Below, in pieces: positions 9,223 to 17,358 of a stretch of 64,000 nt of DNA. Position numbers and translations under genes: made by a program. The stretch is from contig PLXZ01000004.1 in NCBI GenBank assembly GCA_003151615.1, positions 173,285-237,284 on the forward strand. Direction: 5' to 3'. Below the pieces are notes generated by a model that did not search any database, was not told where the DNA came from, and was given only the letters and a program-made list of their open reading frames with translations. This stretch comes from Candidatus Tayloriibacteriota bacterium (GTDB taxonomy: Bacteria > Patescibacteriota > Minisyncoccia > Phycocordibacterales > PALSA-1337). Position 1 is the stretch's first letter. Each line of letters opens with the position of its first letter.

Positions 9223-10050
9223 TCAAACTTCAGTTTTCTTGTATTTGTTGATGATGAGGACTTTTGACGTGCACGTCTCGGGGTTAATCAATTTGACCGC
9301 CAACGAAACACGGTTTTCTTCGTTGAGCGCAAACCAGTATGCCGTTTTGATTTCCTCGATGTCGCCTTGAAGCGGGACAAGGATCGGTTCACCGATAAAC
9401 GACGGCAGGGGATTGCCGTCTCCGGTGTAGGTTGTAACCATGCGGCCAAAACCTGCAGGAATGTCTTCATAGCTGTAAAACAGCCGTTCGCAACTCTCGT
9501 CAGCGTTTGATTTGCGAAGGACTGACATATGGAAACCGGGCTTTTTCCCTGCCTCGGCCGTAATAATTGCACTGATCCGAGGGGTGTAATTTGGTTTGTC
9601 GGGCTCGTATATATGGGTCGAAAGACCCTGGGCAAAACGCGAGAAGTTATCGTGCCCATTTATTTCGGCAATGATCTGGTCAGTCTGTTTGCCGTTGCTC
9701 ACCACATGCTGTCCGAAAATATAATCCATGGCATTGTAGATGATGAGACTCGTGTCTCCGGCTTTCGCGGGGTCTGCCGGTTCGGTGAAGATTCTTGGTC
9801 CCACGGCGCTGAAAATACGATTTCGGCTGTTCGCGCTTCTTCCCATTATCCAGTAAATCTGAACCAAATTTCCAGACTCGTCCCGGCCGATGACGATTCC
9901 GCGTCCCGGATACGGGTTTTCAAAGAGCCGCTTCAGATTTTTCGCGGCTTCCGTCGATTGATCAATTTCCATAATTTCCTCCATTTTCAACGATCGCGCC
10001 ACTGGTTGCTCGGTATATTGAGCGGGTTTATCGCGGATGCAGTGACACAT
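9223..10050 (-). CDS. purO: IMP cyclohydrolase, archaeal type (PurO)
   Basis: YPGRGIVIGRDESGNLVQIYWIMGRSANSRNR, HVVSNGKQTDQI and NYTPRISAIIT align with conserved blocks of Methanocaldococcus PurO (YLGRILAVGR..., VVSNGSHTD, NTPRIAAAI). True start may be an internal Met (9984 or 9972). Confidence 0.6.
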   Translation of the reverse strand: MCHCIRDKPAQYTEQPVARSLKMEEIMEIDQSTEAAKNLKRLFENPYPGRGIVIGRDESGNLVQIYWIMGRSANSRNRIFSAVGPRIFTEPADPAKAGDTSLIIYNAMDYIFGQHVVSNGKQTDQIIAEINGHDNFSRFAQGLSTHIYEPDKPNYTPRISAIITAEAGKKPGFHMSVLRKSNADESCERLFYSYEDIPAGFGRMVTTYTGDGNPLPSFIGEPILVPLQGDIEEIKTAYWFALNEENRVSLAVKLINPETCTSKVLIINKYKKTEV

Positions 10051-10068
10051 CCTTACTTGCTATATCAA

Positions 10069-10100
10069 AATCTATTCTTTTTCAGGGAAAAGTCAATAAG
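10069..10100 (-). promoter_or_regulatory. Sigma70-like promoter TTGACT-N17-TAGATT with TTCC-N8-GAA inverted repeat in the spacer (family D, copy 1)
   Basis: Reverse complement reads cttaTTGACTtttccctgaaaaagaaTAGATT, ~20 nt upstream of the purO ORF. The same element recurs at 12361 and 15420. Confidence 0.5.
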
Positions 10101-10167
10101 GGCCATTGACAACATTAGATAAATACTTTATCTTGCCAACAGATAAACAAAAATTTACGAGGTATTT

Positions 10168-10701
10168 ATGATCACTAAATTCGATGCAGCTCTCATTCAG
10201 TTTTTTGAAAAAATTGCACACGCGTTCCAAAGACTCACCGGAAAGAACAACTTCTGGCTGGGTTGGGCGATGTTTTGGATAGATGTCGTTTACGTCCTGG
10301 TCGGTCGTTATATCGGAAGGACGAAAGATAATAGTGAAATAATTTTTATGGAGATGTCCTTCTATGTTGTGGTTTACATTATCATTCAGATTTTGATCAC
10401 CAGGATACTTCAGAATTTGACATTTATATCAAATTCACGCGTCCGGTCGCGTAATCCGTTGGAGTGGCTCTTGATTGGCAAGTTGTTGAGAATGATTTGC
10501 TGGTTTTCCTTTCTGAAATCCTTGATGTCTAACTGCTTTGGATCAGGATCTTGGGTTAATACGGGGGATGATTTTTGCAATTTGGTCATGTGGTATTTCT
10601 TCTCGTGCACGCCGCTTCCACCCGGGGAGAACAAATTGTCCCGGTTGTTTGATTCGATGCGGTCTCTTTTCACCCGCAGGCATGCCGCCGTCGGCGCCTA
10701 A
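10168..10701 (+). CDS. Hypothetical membrane protein
   Basis: 177-aa ORF with several hydrophobic helices. No recognisable motif. Confidence 0.4.
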   Translation: MITKFDAALIQFFEKIAHAFQRLTGKNNFWLGWAMFWIDVVYVLVGRYIGRTKDNSEIIFMEMSFYVVVYIIIQILITRILQNLTFISNSRVRSRNPLEWLLIGKLLRMICWFSFLKSLMSNCFGSGSWVNTGDDFCNLVMWYFFSCTPLPPGENKLSRLFDSMRSLFTRRHAAVGA

Positions 10702-10719
10702 AATCAGTTCTTGAAATTC

Positions 10720-10750
10720 AAGGCACTACGTTACGTAGTGCCTTTTTATT
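10720..10750 (+). terminator. Rho-independent terminator
   Basis: aaggcactacgt/tacgtagtgcctt perfect palindrome followed by TTTTTATT, just after the 10168..10701 stop. Confidence 0.6.
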
Positions 10751-10820
10751 GACAACTTTCCATTAGGCGGTACTGTAAAGGAAGTTTTGAACCACACATC
10801 TTGAACCTCACAATTAAATT

Positions 10821-11750
10821 ATGAAACACATTCTGCGTTCACAACAGTTCGACAGGCCTGCCTTGGAAAAACTGTTTTCGGCGACCGATGAGCTGAGCGC
10901 CCTCTATGAAACTCCCGCTGGCAAGCGCGATATACGGAAACTCTGCGAAGGGAAGCTGTTGTTTGCCGTTTTCTACGAGCCTTCCACGCGAACCCGTTTT
11001 TCCTTTTGTTCGGCCGCGCAACATCTTGGCATGATGACTCTGCAAACCGAAAATGCCAAGGAATTTTCCTCGGCCATAAAAGGCGAGACTCTTGAAGACA
11101 GCATAAACGCCCTATGCCAGTATGATCCGGACATCATTGTCTTGCGTCATCATGAAACGGGAGGTGCCGATCGCGCCGCGGCCGTTGTTGACCGTTTCGA
11201 TCATAATGTTTCCATCATCAATGCCGGCGACGGCAAAGGCCAGCATCCGACCCAGGCGCTTCTTGATCTCTATACTATCAAGCGCGAGCTCGGCCGGATT
11301 GACGACATTACCGTGACCGTCACCGGCGATTTGGCCAACGGACGGACTGTCAAATCCCTCGTCTATCTGCTCGCAAAATTCAAAGGCGTCAAATTTGTCT
11401 TTCTCTCGCCGGAGAATTTAAAAATGGAGGAGGGAATTATCGGACACCTTCGCGAGCATGAAGTTCCGTTTCGGGAAGCGCGCAACCTCGAAGACGCCCT
11501 GACCGATACCGACGTCGCCTACTGGACCCGTATACAGACCGAACGCGGCAGTTCCAATACGACGCTTGATCTCACGCTCGGCGTGCCGCAGATGAAATTC
11601 ATGAAGGAAGGTTCAATTGTCCTTCACCCGCTTCCAAGGGTCAACGAAATCGCCAAGGAAGTTGACGGCGACAAACGTGCGGCCTATTTTCGGCAAGTCC
11701 GAAACGGCATGCTCATCCGCATGTCGCTTCTGCGGGAACTGTGCGGATAA
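10821..11750 (+). CDS. pyrB: Aspartate carbamoyltransferase catalytic subunit
   Basis: STRTR carbamoyl-phosphate motif, HPTQ, and HPLPRVNEI (ATCase-type HPLPR.DEI) motifs. 309 aa. Confidence 0.85.
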   Translation: MKHILRSQQFDRPALEKLFSATDELSALYETPAGKRDIRKLCEGKLLFAVFYEPSTRTRFSFCSAAQHLGMMTLQTENAKEFSSAIKGETLEDSINALCQYDPDIIVLRHHETGGADRAAAVVDRFDHNVSIINAGDGKGQHPTQALLDLYTIKRELGRIDDITVTVTGDLANGRTVKSLVYLLAKFKGVKFVFLSPENLKMEEGIIGHLREHEVPFREARNLEDALTDTDVAYWTRIQTERGSSNTTLDLTLGVPQMKFMKEGSIVLHPLPRVNEIAKEVDGDKRAAYFRQVRNGMLIRMSLLRELCG

Positions 11751-11765
11751 ATAACCAATCAATCG

Positions 11766-11803
11766 AATCCGGTCGGCATTGCAACCCGACCGGATTTTTT
11801 TAT
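11766..11803 (+). terminator. Rho-independent terminator after pyrB
   Basis: aatccggtcgg...ccgaccggatt stem followed by T7 run. Confidence 0.6.
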
Positions 11804-11827
11804 TAATTTTTACGGTGGTGGGGAATA

Positions 11828-11856
11828 TAAAAAGAGACGAACCGAAGTTCGTCTCG
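11828..11856 (-). terminator. Family-T terminator hairpin (gagacgaaccgaagttcgtctc + A-run on plus = T-run on minus), copy 1
   Basis: Perfect hairpin with loop aaccgaagtt. Near-identical copies at 13206, 14094, 15470, all downstream of minus-strand genes. Confidence 0.6.
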
Positions 11857-11885
11857 TGTAAAATTAAAATATCTTAAAAATGTAA

Positions 11886-12305
11886 TCAATGTGCCGCGGG
11901 TAGCGGTGCACCTTGTTCATCAACGAGGATATGATCCTCCGGAGTCCAGGCTGGTAAAGCCACAACAAGCACTTCGGCTGGAGCACCAACTCCCTCAGCC
12001 CAGTGAGGGGTGAAGGGAACAATTTGATTTATTCCATCTCCGGCCTTGTAGCGGTATGCGGCGCCGGATTTTCCCTGGTAAATGTCCAATTCGCCATTTA
12101 TGACGCAATATATTTCACGGGTGTGCATGTGCACATGAGCCTTCGATTTTCCGATCAATGCCACCGCCGTGCTCCAGCGTCCGTCGGGATCCTTTTCAAG
12201 TTCGCAAACGATTTCTTCGGGATGTTCACGGTTGGGCAGGTAGAAGATTTTTTTGCCGGTGTTGCGACGTTCAAATGCCGCAATCATTTCTTGGGGTATT
12301 TCCAT
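11886..12305 (-). CDS. Cupin domain protein
   Basis: HVHMHTREIYCVINGELDIYQG...AYRYKAGDGINQIVPFTPH matches the two conserved cupin motifs (G.H.H...E..y...G and G....p.g..H). Confidence 0.55.
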   Translation of the reverse strand: MEIPQEMIAAFERRNTGKKIFYLPNREHPEEIVCELEKDPDGRWSTAVALIGKSKAHVHMHTREIYCVINGELDIYQGKSGAAYRYKAGDGINQIVPFTPHWAEGVGAPAEVLVVALPAWTPEDHILVDEQGAPLPAAH

Positions 12306-12360
12306 ACGATGTTCTTTCTTTGTTGTGAACCGCTACGAGCAGTTCGATTTGCTGTCTTAG

Positions 12361-12391
12361 AATCTATTCCTTTTATGGGAAATGTCAATGA
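12361..12391 (-). promoter_or_regulatory. Family-D promoter copy 2 (TTGACA-N17-TAGATT with TTCC-N7-GGAA spacer repeat) upstream of cupin gene
   Basis: Reverse complement reads tcaTTGACAtttcccataaaaggaaTAGATT, ~50 nt upstream of the 12305 start codon. Confidence 0.5.
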
Positions 12392-12455
12392 GGGAAAATA
12401 AAAAACGCCGTACCCGAAGGTCGTGCGTTATTGTAATCAGACTAGCGGTATTTTT

Positions 12456-13013
12456 TTACTGGGCGTCCTTATAGGCGCATTCATTAGTGCAATAAACCGC
12501 GACTTGATTTGGGGGAATGGGTTTACCGCAACCTTCTCTTTCGCACTTGCGGCCCATGGGATGTGTATTTGGGGCGAACCATCCTCTGTTCTCGCACGCG
12601 GAGCACCCATGGCCGCCGCAATTGTCGCATTGGACAGAATCGGTGGGATAATTTTTATCCTTGGGAATATCCATAATGTTTCGTTCAACCACTGCTTGTT
12701 CGCTTGCCTGGCACTCTTCCACATGACGTTTGTAAGCGCGATGATGAATGTTTTTACCACACTTGGGACAGACATTGCAACATGGTGCAAAGTGCATCGT
12801 GTGACTTCCAGGTTCATGGCATGGACAATGACAGATGTCAGGGTCGGAACAACAATCATTGACAAGAGAGGGCGGTTTCATTTTTGGTTTTGCCCGGAAT
12901 TCTGCGTTGACTGCTTCCGAGGATTTTTTCCACGTCTTCGGGTCACCCAAGCCCTTAAAGGCTTCTTTGCGGGAGATGGGCCGACCACCCAGAGGAGTTT
13001 TTGGTGTGCTCAT
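12456..13013 (-). CDS. Cysteine-rich hypothetical protein (multiple CxxC/CxC pairs, probable Zn-binding)
   Basis: 185-aa ORF with >20 Cys in paired motifs (CHCPCH, CNVCPKCG, CDNCGGHGCSAC, CEREGCGK). Chosen over the overlapping ORFs 12423..13103(+) and 12437..12865(-) for protein-like composition. Ambiguous. Confidence 0.4.
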   Translation of the reverse strand: MSTPKTPLGGRPISRKEAFKGLGDPKTWKKSSEAVNAEFRAKPKMKPPSLVNDCCSDPDICHCPCHEPGSHTMHFAPCCNVCPKCGKNIHHRAYKRHVEECQASEQAVVERNIMDIPKDKNYPTDSVQCDNCGGHGCSACENRGWFAPNTHPMGRKCEREGCGKPIPPNQVAVYCTNECAYKDAQ

Positions 13014-13104
13014 GGTCTTTGTTCTGGTTTCGACTCACTACGAGTAAGTCTGTTCGCTGATTCGCATACTACAACTTATCTACTCAATAGTCAATTTTTA
13101 TAAA

Positions 13105-13197
13105 TTAATTTCGATCCCTGTTCGGGTATCCCAAAACCACCTTGATATACAATGCTGAAAAAGTGCTCCGCATGTTGAACGAAGTCAGAGCCTGTAT
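13105..13197. repeat. Composite repeat: family B (tRNA-3'-end-like TTCGATCCCTGTTCGGGTATC...) fused to family C (GCTCCGCATGTTGAACGAAGTCAGAGCCTG)
   Basis: Family B recurs at 18031 and 18942. Family C recurs at 14058 and 28421, the latter being the 3' end of the serine recombinase ORF. Confidence 0.6.
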
Positions 13198-13205
13198 TTA
13201 GATAA

Positions 13206-13235
13206 TAAAAAAGAGGCGAACCGAAGTTCGCCTCA
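13206..13235 (-). terminator. Family-T terminator hairpin copy 2 (gaggcgaaccgaagttcgcctc)
   Basis: Same loop as copy 1 with compensatory stem changes. Downstream of 13252..13626(-). Confidence 0.55.
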
Positions 13236-13251
13236 TTGAATGTTAATGTTG

Positions 13252-13626
13252 TCAGTGAGCAAGGTCAGGCCGACCGATGGGAAGAAACGCACTCCCACCG
13301 AGGATCCGGAGCCATAGGTCGGACTTAAGCGGTCCGATCCATCCCTCCGGAATCACACCGTCTGCGATGATGTCCGCCGATATTGCCTTGGCCAACTCGG
13401 CACGTGCTTCCTGGCGGCATCCGTCTTTGCCCGGCCCGGTATCAATTTCGATGCTGATGATCGAGTAGTTCACGTCGAGCGGTCCGACGTCGTGGACACG
13501 AAGCAGGACGTCTTCCATGTTCATCTTCAGATGAGTGGCGACTGCCTTGTGGGCGCTGTCGCGGATTTTTACCACCGCAGCATTGTCAGCACGACTGCGA
13601 TCTCGCCATATGGTTACGAGGGGCAT
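13252..13626 (-). CDS. Tautomerase-superfamily-like protein (Met-Pro1 N-terminus), paralog 1
   Basis: Starts MPLVTIW... (Pro1 after the initiator Met is the catalytic hallmark of 4-OT/MIF tautomerases). AGGAG RBS 6 nt upstream of this Met. The 150-aa listed ORF extends upstream without an RBS. 92% identical paralog at 15515..15889. Confidence 0.45.
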   Translation of the reverse strand: MPLVTIWRDRSRADNAAVVKIRDSAHKAVATHLKMNMEDVLLRVHDVGPLDVNYSIISIEIDTGPGKDGCRQEARAELAKAISADIIADGVIPEGWIGPLKSDLWLRILGGSAFLPIGRPDLAH

Positions 13627-13657
13627 TTTGGTCTCCTTTCTTTTGGTTGCTGGTTGA

Positions 13658-13897
13658 TTAACTTTTGGTTGACTGTGCTTTTTTGTAAGCTTCGTCATCC
13701 GCAACGGTTTCCTTGATGCCGGCAGTAAGGATGTTTAATCCCATAAGTGTCAGGATTAATCCAGACGTAGTGACTGCTTTGAATAAAACGACTATGTTTC
13801 CTGGGTTTGCTGCGTATTGGGCAATATAGGGTGCCGCAACTCCTAAGCAGTATGATCCGATGATCATCAGTGCTCCGACAACTGTTTTAATTTTCAT
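13658..13897 (-). CDS. Small two-TM membrane protein
   Basis: 79-aa ORF with two hydrophobic helices and a charged C-terminus. Confidence 0.4.
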   Translation of the reverse strand: MKIKTVVGALMIIGSYCLGVAAPYIAQYAANPGNIVVLFKAVTTSGLILTLMGLNILTAGIKETVADDEAYKKAQSTKS

Positions 13898-13937
13898 ATT
13901 TCGATTTATTTTATTGGTTGAGTTTGTTGTAATCTCT

Positions 13938-13989
13938 AGTTAGCCGTTTCCCATAAGACACTTAAATGTCCTCTGGGAAACGGCTAACA
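13938..13989. repeat. Perfect 15-bp inverted repeat hairpin (agttagccgtttccca ...20 nt... tgggaaacggctaac)
   Basis: Read directly. Lies upstream of the 13897 start codon, not in terminator position. Confidence 0.5.
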
Positions 13990-14002
13990 CCAATAGATAT
14001 GT

Positions 14003-14087
14003 CAAAAAACTACTACCATATAATAGTAGCATAATATATAGAATATGTCAAACGTTAGCTCCGTATGCTGAACGAAGTTAGAACCTG
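14003..14087. repeat. Composite repeat: family E (CAAAAAACTACTACC...ATATGTCAAAC) + family C copy 2
   Basis: Family E recurs at 16301..16372. Family C copy 2 (gctccgtatgctgaacgaagttagaacctg) is 25/30 identical to copy 1. Confidence 0.55.
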
Positions 14088-14093
14088 TTTGAA

Positions 14094-14121
14094 ATAAAAA
14101 AGACGAACCGAAGTTCGTCTC
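14094..14121 (-). terminator. Family-T terminator hairpin copy 3 (agacgaaccgaagttcgtct)
   Basis: Identical to copy 1. Downstream of 14141..14821(-). Confidence 0.55.
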
Positions 14122-14140
14122 GTGTAAAGTAATTTACGTT

Positions 14141-14821
14141 TTAACTCACTTCTGGCCATTGTTCGATAAGGGCTTCCAAAAGTTGTTCCATTTCCCACCG
14201 GCCTCCACAGTGAGGGGTAATGATCAATGAATCCAGCACGTTTTGCTCGTTTTTTCTGGATGCTAGCGTATCAAGTTTTCTCTGTTTGTCACAATCACAG
14301 GTGACCCCCACGATGAACGCACGGGGAACATCCTGTCGAAATTGCTGTAGGAATTTCAGGCAGGCATCAAATGCACTGAGGCCCATGTATGACACCAAGA
14401 GAATATTTGTATCTGTGTCAATGTTTCGCGCGATTTTATTTTCAACTTGTGCTTGGGCTTGAGCACCGATTGTTTCTTCGCGCTCAAGATACGTGGCCAT
14501 CATTTCCATGTCTGCGCGAGCCATCGCCGTGGCGCCGAATAAGAGATCAAACGGCGGTCGGTCGTCATGCCGTCCATGTGACAGGGTGATTTGCAGACCC
14601 TGTTTCCCGGGAGTAGCAAGCAGTCCATCTTCATAACTGCCGATGCCGTTGTAGCTCACAAAGATTGCACGCAGTGTTTTTTTATTGCGAATCACATTTG
14701 GCAAGATGTCGCTAATAAATTGGTCAGTGTTTTTTTGTTGGATTAAGGATGTGGTCGGCACGCTGTACCTCCGTAGTTGTTGGTTTTTGTTTAAGGGAGA
14801 AGTAAAATACTTCTCTGACAA
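14141..14821 (-). CDS. Hypothetical protein
   Basis: 226-aa ORF, protein-like composition, no motif recognised. Confidence 0.45.
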   Translation of the reverse strand: MSEKYFTSPLNKNQQLRRYSVPTTSLIQQKNTDQFISDILPNVIRNKKTLRAIFVSYNGIGSYEDGLLATPGKQGLQITLSHGRHDDRPPFDLLFGATAMARADMEMMATYLEREETIGAQAQAQVENKIARNIDTDTNILLVSYMGLSAFDACLKFLQQFRQDVPRAFIVGVTCDCDKQRKLDTLASRKNEQNVLDSLIITPHCGGRWEMEQLLEALIEQWPEVS

Positions 14822-14865
14822 TTTGAGTAAAGACTACAATATATGTTTTACTTTGTAAATAGGTG

Positions 14866-14968
14866 GCTCCCCGAACATGAGATTGTTATAACTATATTTT
14901 CCGACTTTGATTACATGAATCGGTTGTACGGACAGCTGTTGTTTATGAAGGCGATGGGGAAATAAAAA
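14866..14968. repeat. Family A repeat copy 1 (GCTCCCCGAACATGAGATTGTTATAAC...CAGCTGTTGTTTATGAAGGCGATGGGGAAATAAAAA)
   Basis: ~100-bp element, ~85% identical copies at 17208..17310 and 18089..18179, truncated copy at 18997..19020. Confidence 0.6.
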
Positions 14969-15013
14969 TCTCCCCGTAGCTTTCGCTCGTAGGAGAGTTG
15001 TGTTAAAAACAGC

Positions 15014-15361
15014 TTATTTTTTTACGGAAGTGAAAGGTTTCTTATCGGTTGAACCGTTAAGATAATCTATCCACGCGCATTGCCGAAAATAAGTTGAACG
15101 GGCATACATCGTAATGAGTTCCTCGCGCTCGACCGGCGTTTTGGCTTCGTCCAGTTTCTGTCTGGCTTCTGGCGAGAGCGATTCATTATTCATGTGATCT
15201 CGCTCTTCGTCCGTCAACATTGTTAGTCTGCGTTCAAAGTTGAGCCGGTGGAGCAGGTCATCAATACTTTCAATGCGTTCGTCTTTTTTCAATGTGTCAA
15301 GAAATGCGAGCAGCACTTCTTCAGTTTTTTGAAACTCTGCAGTTTTTGTCGGTTCACTCAT
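15014..15361 (-). CDS. Hypothetical acidic protein
   Basis: 115-aa ORF preceded by the family-D promoter. Confidence 0.45.
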   Translation of the reverse strand: MSEPTKTAEFQKTEEVLLAFLDTLKKDERIESIDDLLHRLNFERRLTMLTDEERDHMNNESLSPEARQKLDEAKTPVEREELITMYARSTYFRQCAWIDYLNGSTDKKPFTSVKK

Positions 15362-15419
15362 AAAGGTATCTTTCTTCGAAGTGCCGTTTATGGATTTTTG
15401 GCACGGTTTCCTATCCCAA

Positions 15420-15450
15420 AATCTATTCCTTTTACGGAAAATGTCAATGA
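15420..15450 (-). promoter_or_regulatory. Family-D promoter copy 3 (TTGACA-N17-TAGATT, TTCC-N7-GGAA spacer repeat)
   Basis: Reverse complement reads tcaTTGACAttttccgtaaaaggaaTAGATT, ~55 nt upstream of the 15361 start. Confidence 0.5.
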
Positions 15451-15469
15451 ATACTCATAAATGAGTATA

Positions 15470-15499
15470 AAAAAAGGGGCGAACCGAAGTTCGCCCCAT
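15470..15499 (-). terminator. Family-T terminator hairpin copy 4 (ggggcgaaccgaagttcgcccc)
   Basis: Same loop with compensatory stem. Downstream of 15515..15889(-). Confidence 0.55.
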
Positions 15500-15514
15500 T
15501 GAGTGTTGATATTG

Positions 15515-15889
15515 TCAGTGAGCAAGGTCAGGCCGACCGATGGGAAGAAACGCACTCCCACCGAGAATTCGGAGCCACAGGTCGGACTTAAGCGGTCCGA
15601 TCCATTCCTCCGGAATCACGCCATCGGCGACGATGTCCGCCGATATTGCTTTGGCCAACTCGGCGCGTGCTTCCTGGCGGCATCCGTCTTTGCCCGGGCT
15701 GGTGTCAATCTCGATGCTGATGATCGAGTAGTTAACATCTAGCGGGCCGACGTCGTGGACACGAAGCAGGACGTCGTCCATGTTCATTTTCAGGTGAGTG
15801 GCGACTGCCTTGTGGGCGCTGTCGCGGATTTTTACCACCGCAGCATCGTCAGCACGACTGCGATCTCGCCATATGGTTACGAGGGGCAT
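15515..15889 (-). CDS. Tautomerase-superfamily-like protein, paralog 2
   Basis: MPLVTIWRDRSRADDAAVV..., 124 aa, differs from paralog 1 at ~9 residues. Flanking DNA is also duplicated. Confidence 0.45.
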   Translation of the reverse strand: MPLVTIWRDRSRADDAAVVKIRDSAHKAVATHLKMNMDDVLLRVHDVGPLDVNYSIISIEIDTSPGKDGCRQEARAELAKAISADIVADGVIPEEWIGPLKSDLWLRILGGSAFLPIGRPDLAH

Positions 15890-15929
15890 TTTGGTCTCCT
15901 TTCTTTTGGGTTGTTGGTTGAAGCTTCGT

Positions 15930-16199
15930 CTAATTCAGCAGGGTAATTATACAATCGCCATTTATCATGACGATATTTCCAGTTTTGTCGTCCTGGAAAT
16001 AGTATCCGTTGCTTTGGCTTTCGTTTTCAATCTTGCCCGAGGTGGTCCACTGACCGATGAGTTTGCCTCCTGAATAGAGTTCAACTTTATGTTTTTTGCC
16101 CCAAGCTGAGAAGGCCGCTCGGTTTGCGTTTGAGCAACCGGATAGCATACCCAAACTTAACCCGGCAACCAGTATCATCAGACTAATTTTAAGTTTCAT
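15930..16199 (-). CDS. Lipoprotein
   Basis: Internal start MKLKISLMILVAGLSLGMLSGC gives a signal peptide with lipobox L-S-G-C. Confidence 0.45.
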   Translation of the reverse strand: MKLKISLMILVAGLSLGMLSGCSNANRAAFSAWGKKHKVELYSGGKLIGQWTTSGKIENESQSNGYYFQDDKTGNIVMINGDCIITLLN

Positions 16200-16300
16200 T
16201 TTTTTCCTATTTTTGTAGTTGGTGTGCAAACCAAACTTGGCTGCATCTTTCAAGGCTCGAATAAGCCCTCAAAGACGCAGCCAATTTAATAGGGGAATTT

Positions 16301-16372
16301 CAAAAAACTATTACGTAACTATGATAGCATAAGATATAGTATATGTCAAACACGAGCTTCCCGAACGGGAAT
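16301..16372. repeat. Family E repeat copy 2 followed by GCTTCCCGAACGGG (degenerate GCTCC-core site)
   Basis: caaaaaactattacgtaactatgatagcataagatatagtatatgtcaaac parallels 14003-14057. Confidence 0.5.
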
Positions 16373-16449
16373 AAAAAAGGCCGCGCACTTAAGATGGCAC
16401 GGCCTTGGATATTTTGATTGAGGTTGTTTGACCCGCCTTGAGAAGATTG

Positions 16450-17112
16450 TTAATGGCAACCACCACTGTAGTGATAGACAGCTGCCTTTTCCCCCAACTG
16501 TTCTTGAATGTTACGATCCTCACAGATTGCAATGTCAACAATTTTGCCTTCGTAATGCGCTTTACGATACTCGTTGGCAGGCACGACTTGATATTTATTC
16601 CAAACAATCATTACAAGGTCTGCATTGCCGGTGTATTTATCTTTTTTGCCGAGCCATAGGACCTGATTGAATCCGAGTTTGTTAACCCCCTTTTTTGAAA
16701 GACTATTCTTTTTTGTCATAGTCTTTAGAATCTCTGCGGCAGGTATTTCCTCAGGAAAAAACAAATCCGTCGGGACTGCATTGTCTGGGAGTCGATCCAA
16801 GGTTTTTCCGACAGAAAATTTTTTTTCGCTCGGAACAATCGCATATAGCACAGGAGAGAATGGACTGTCACCATTGTAATCCTCAGGTCGTGACAATGCT
16901 AAGGTTGAATGACCTGCCGCGGGGCCAGTATGATGAATGTTTATCCCGTCGATCACCAGACCGCCGGAAGGTAGTATGAGTCGTTTCACTGGTCCAGATT
17001 GATATGATTTCCGCCAAGATTCAGGGCTTTTAGTTTCGTTTTTCATAAATTCTTTCGAAGTTCTTTGTTTCAAACCCCTAATTAGGTGGTTCAGATTTAC
17101 TGATGTGAACAC
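16450..17112 (-). CDS. Hypothetical protein
   Basis: 220-aa ORF. No motif recognised. Confidence 0.4.
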   Translation of the reverse strand: MFTSVNLNHLIRGLKQRTSKEFMKNETKSPESWRKSYQSGPVKRLILPSGGLVIDGINIHHTGPAAGHSTLALSRPEDYNGDSPFSPVLYAIVPSEKKFSVGKTLDRLPDNAVPTDLFFPEEIPAAEILKTMTKKNSLSKKGVNKLGFNQVLWLGKKDKYTGNADLVMIVWNKYQVVPANEYRKAHYEGKIVDIAICEDRNIQEQLGEKAAVYHYSGGCH

Positions 17113-17207
17113 TACAATATAAATATTAAAGAGTCAATAATTCGTAATGGTTCGAATCCCATTCTGGGTACGAAAAAAGACCCATATAAATGGTTCTTTT
17201 TTCACAT

Positions 17208-17310
17208 GCTCCCCGAACATGAGACTATTATAACCATATTTTCAGACTTAGATTACATGAGTCGGTTGTATAGTCAGCTGTTGTTTATGAAAGCGATGGG
17301 GAAATAAAAA
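17208..17310. repeat. Family A repeat copy 2
   Basis: gctccccgaacatgagactattataaccatattttcagacttagattacatgagtcgg... Preceded at 17140-17168 by a tRNA-3'-end-like fragment ggttcgaatcccattctgggta. Confidence 0.55.
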
Positions 17311-17358
17311 ACCGCCCAACAAAGTGCCGTTGGGTCGGCTTTTGAATATGGACGGGGT

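Noticed and set aside
12423-13103. 226-aa plus-strand ORF and 142-aa minus ORF overlapping the Cys-rich gene
   Set aside because: All three overlap almost completely. The 185-aa Cys-rich frame is the only one with regular CxxC spacing and charged composition. Still uncertain.
13627-13704. N-terminal 26-codon extension of the tautomerase-like ORF (MRMTKLTKK...)
   Set aside because: A strong AGGAG RBS precedes the internal Met-Pro start. The paralog at 15515 starts at that Met. Pro1 is the functional N-terminus of tautomerases.
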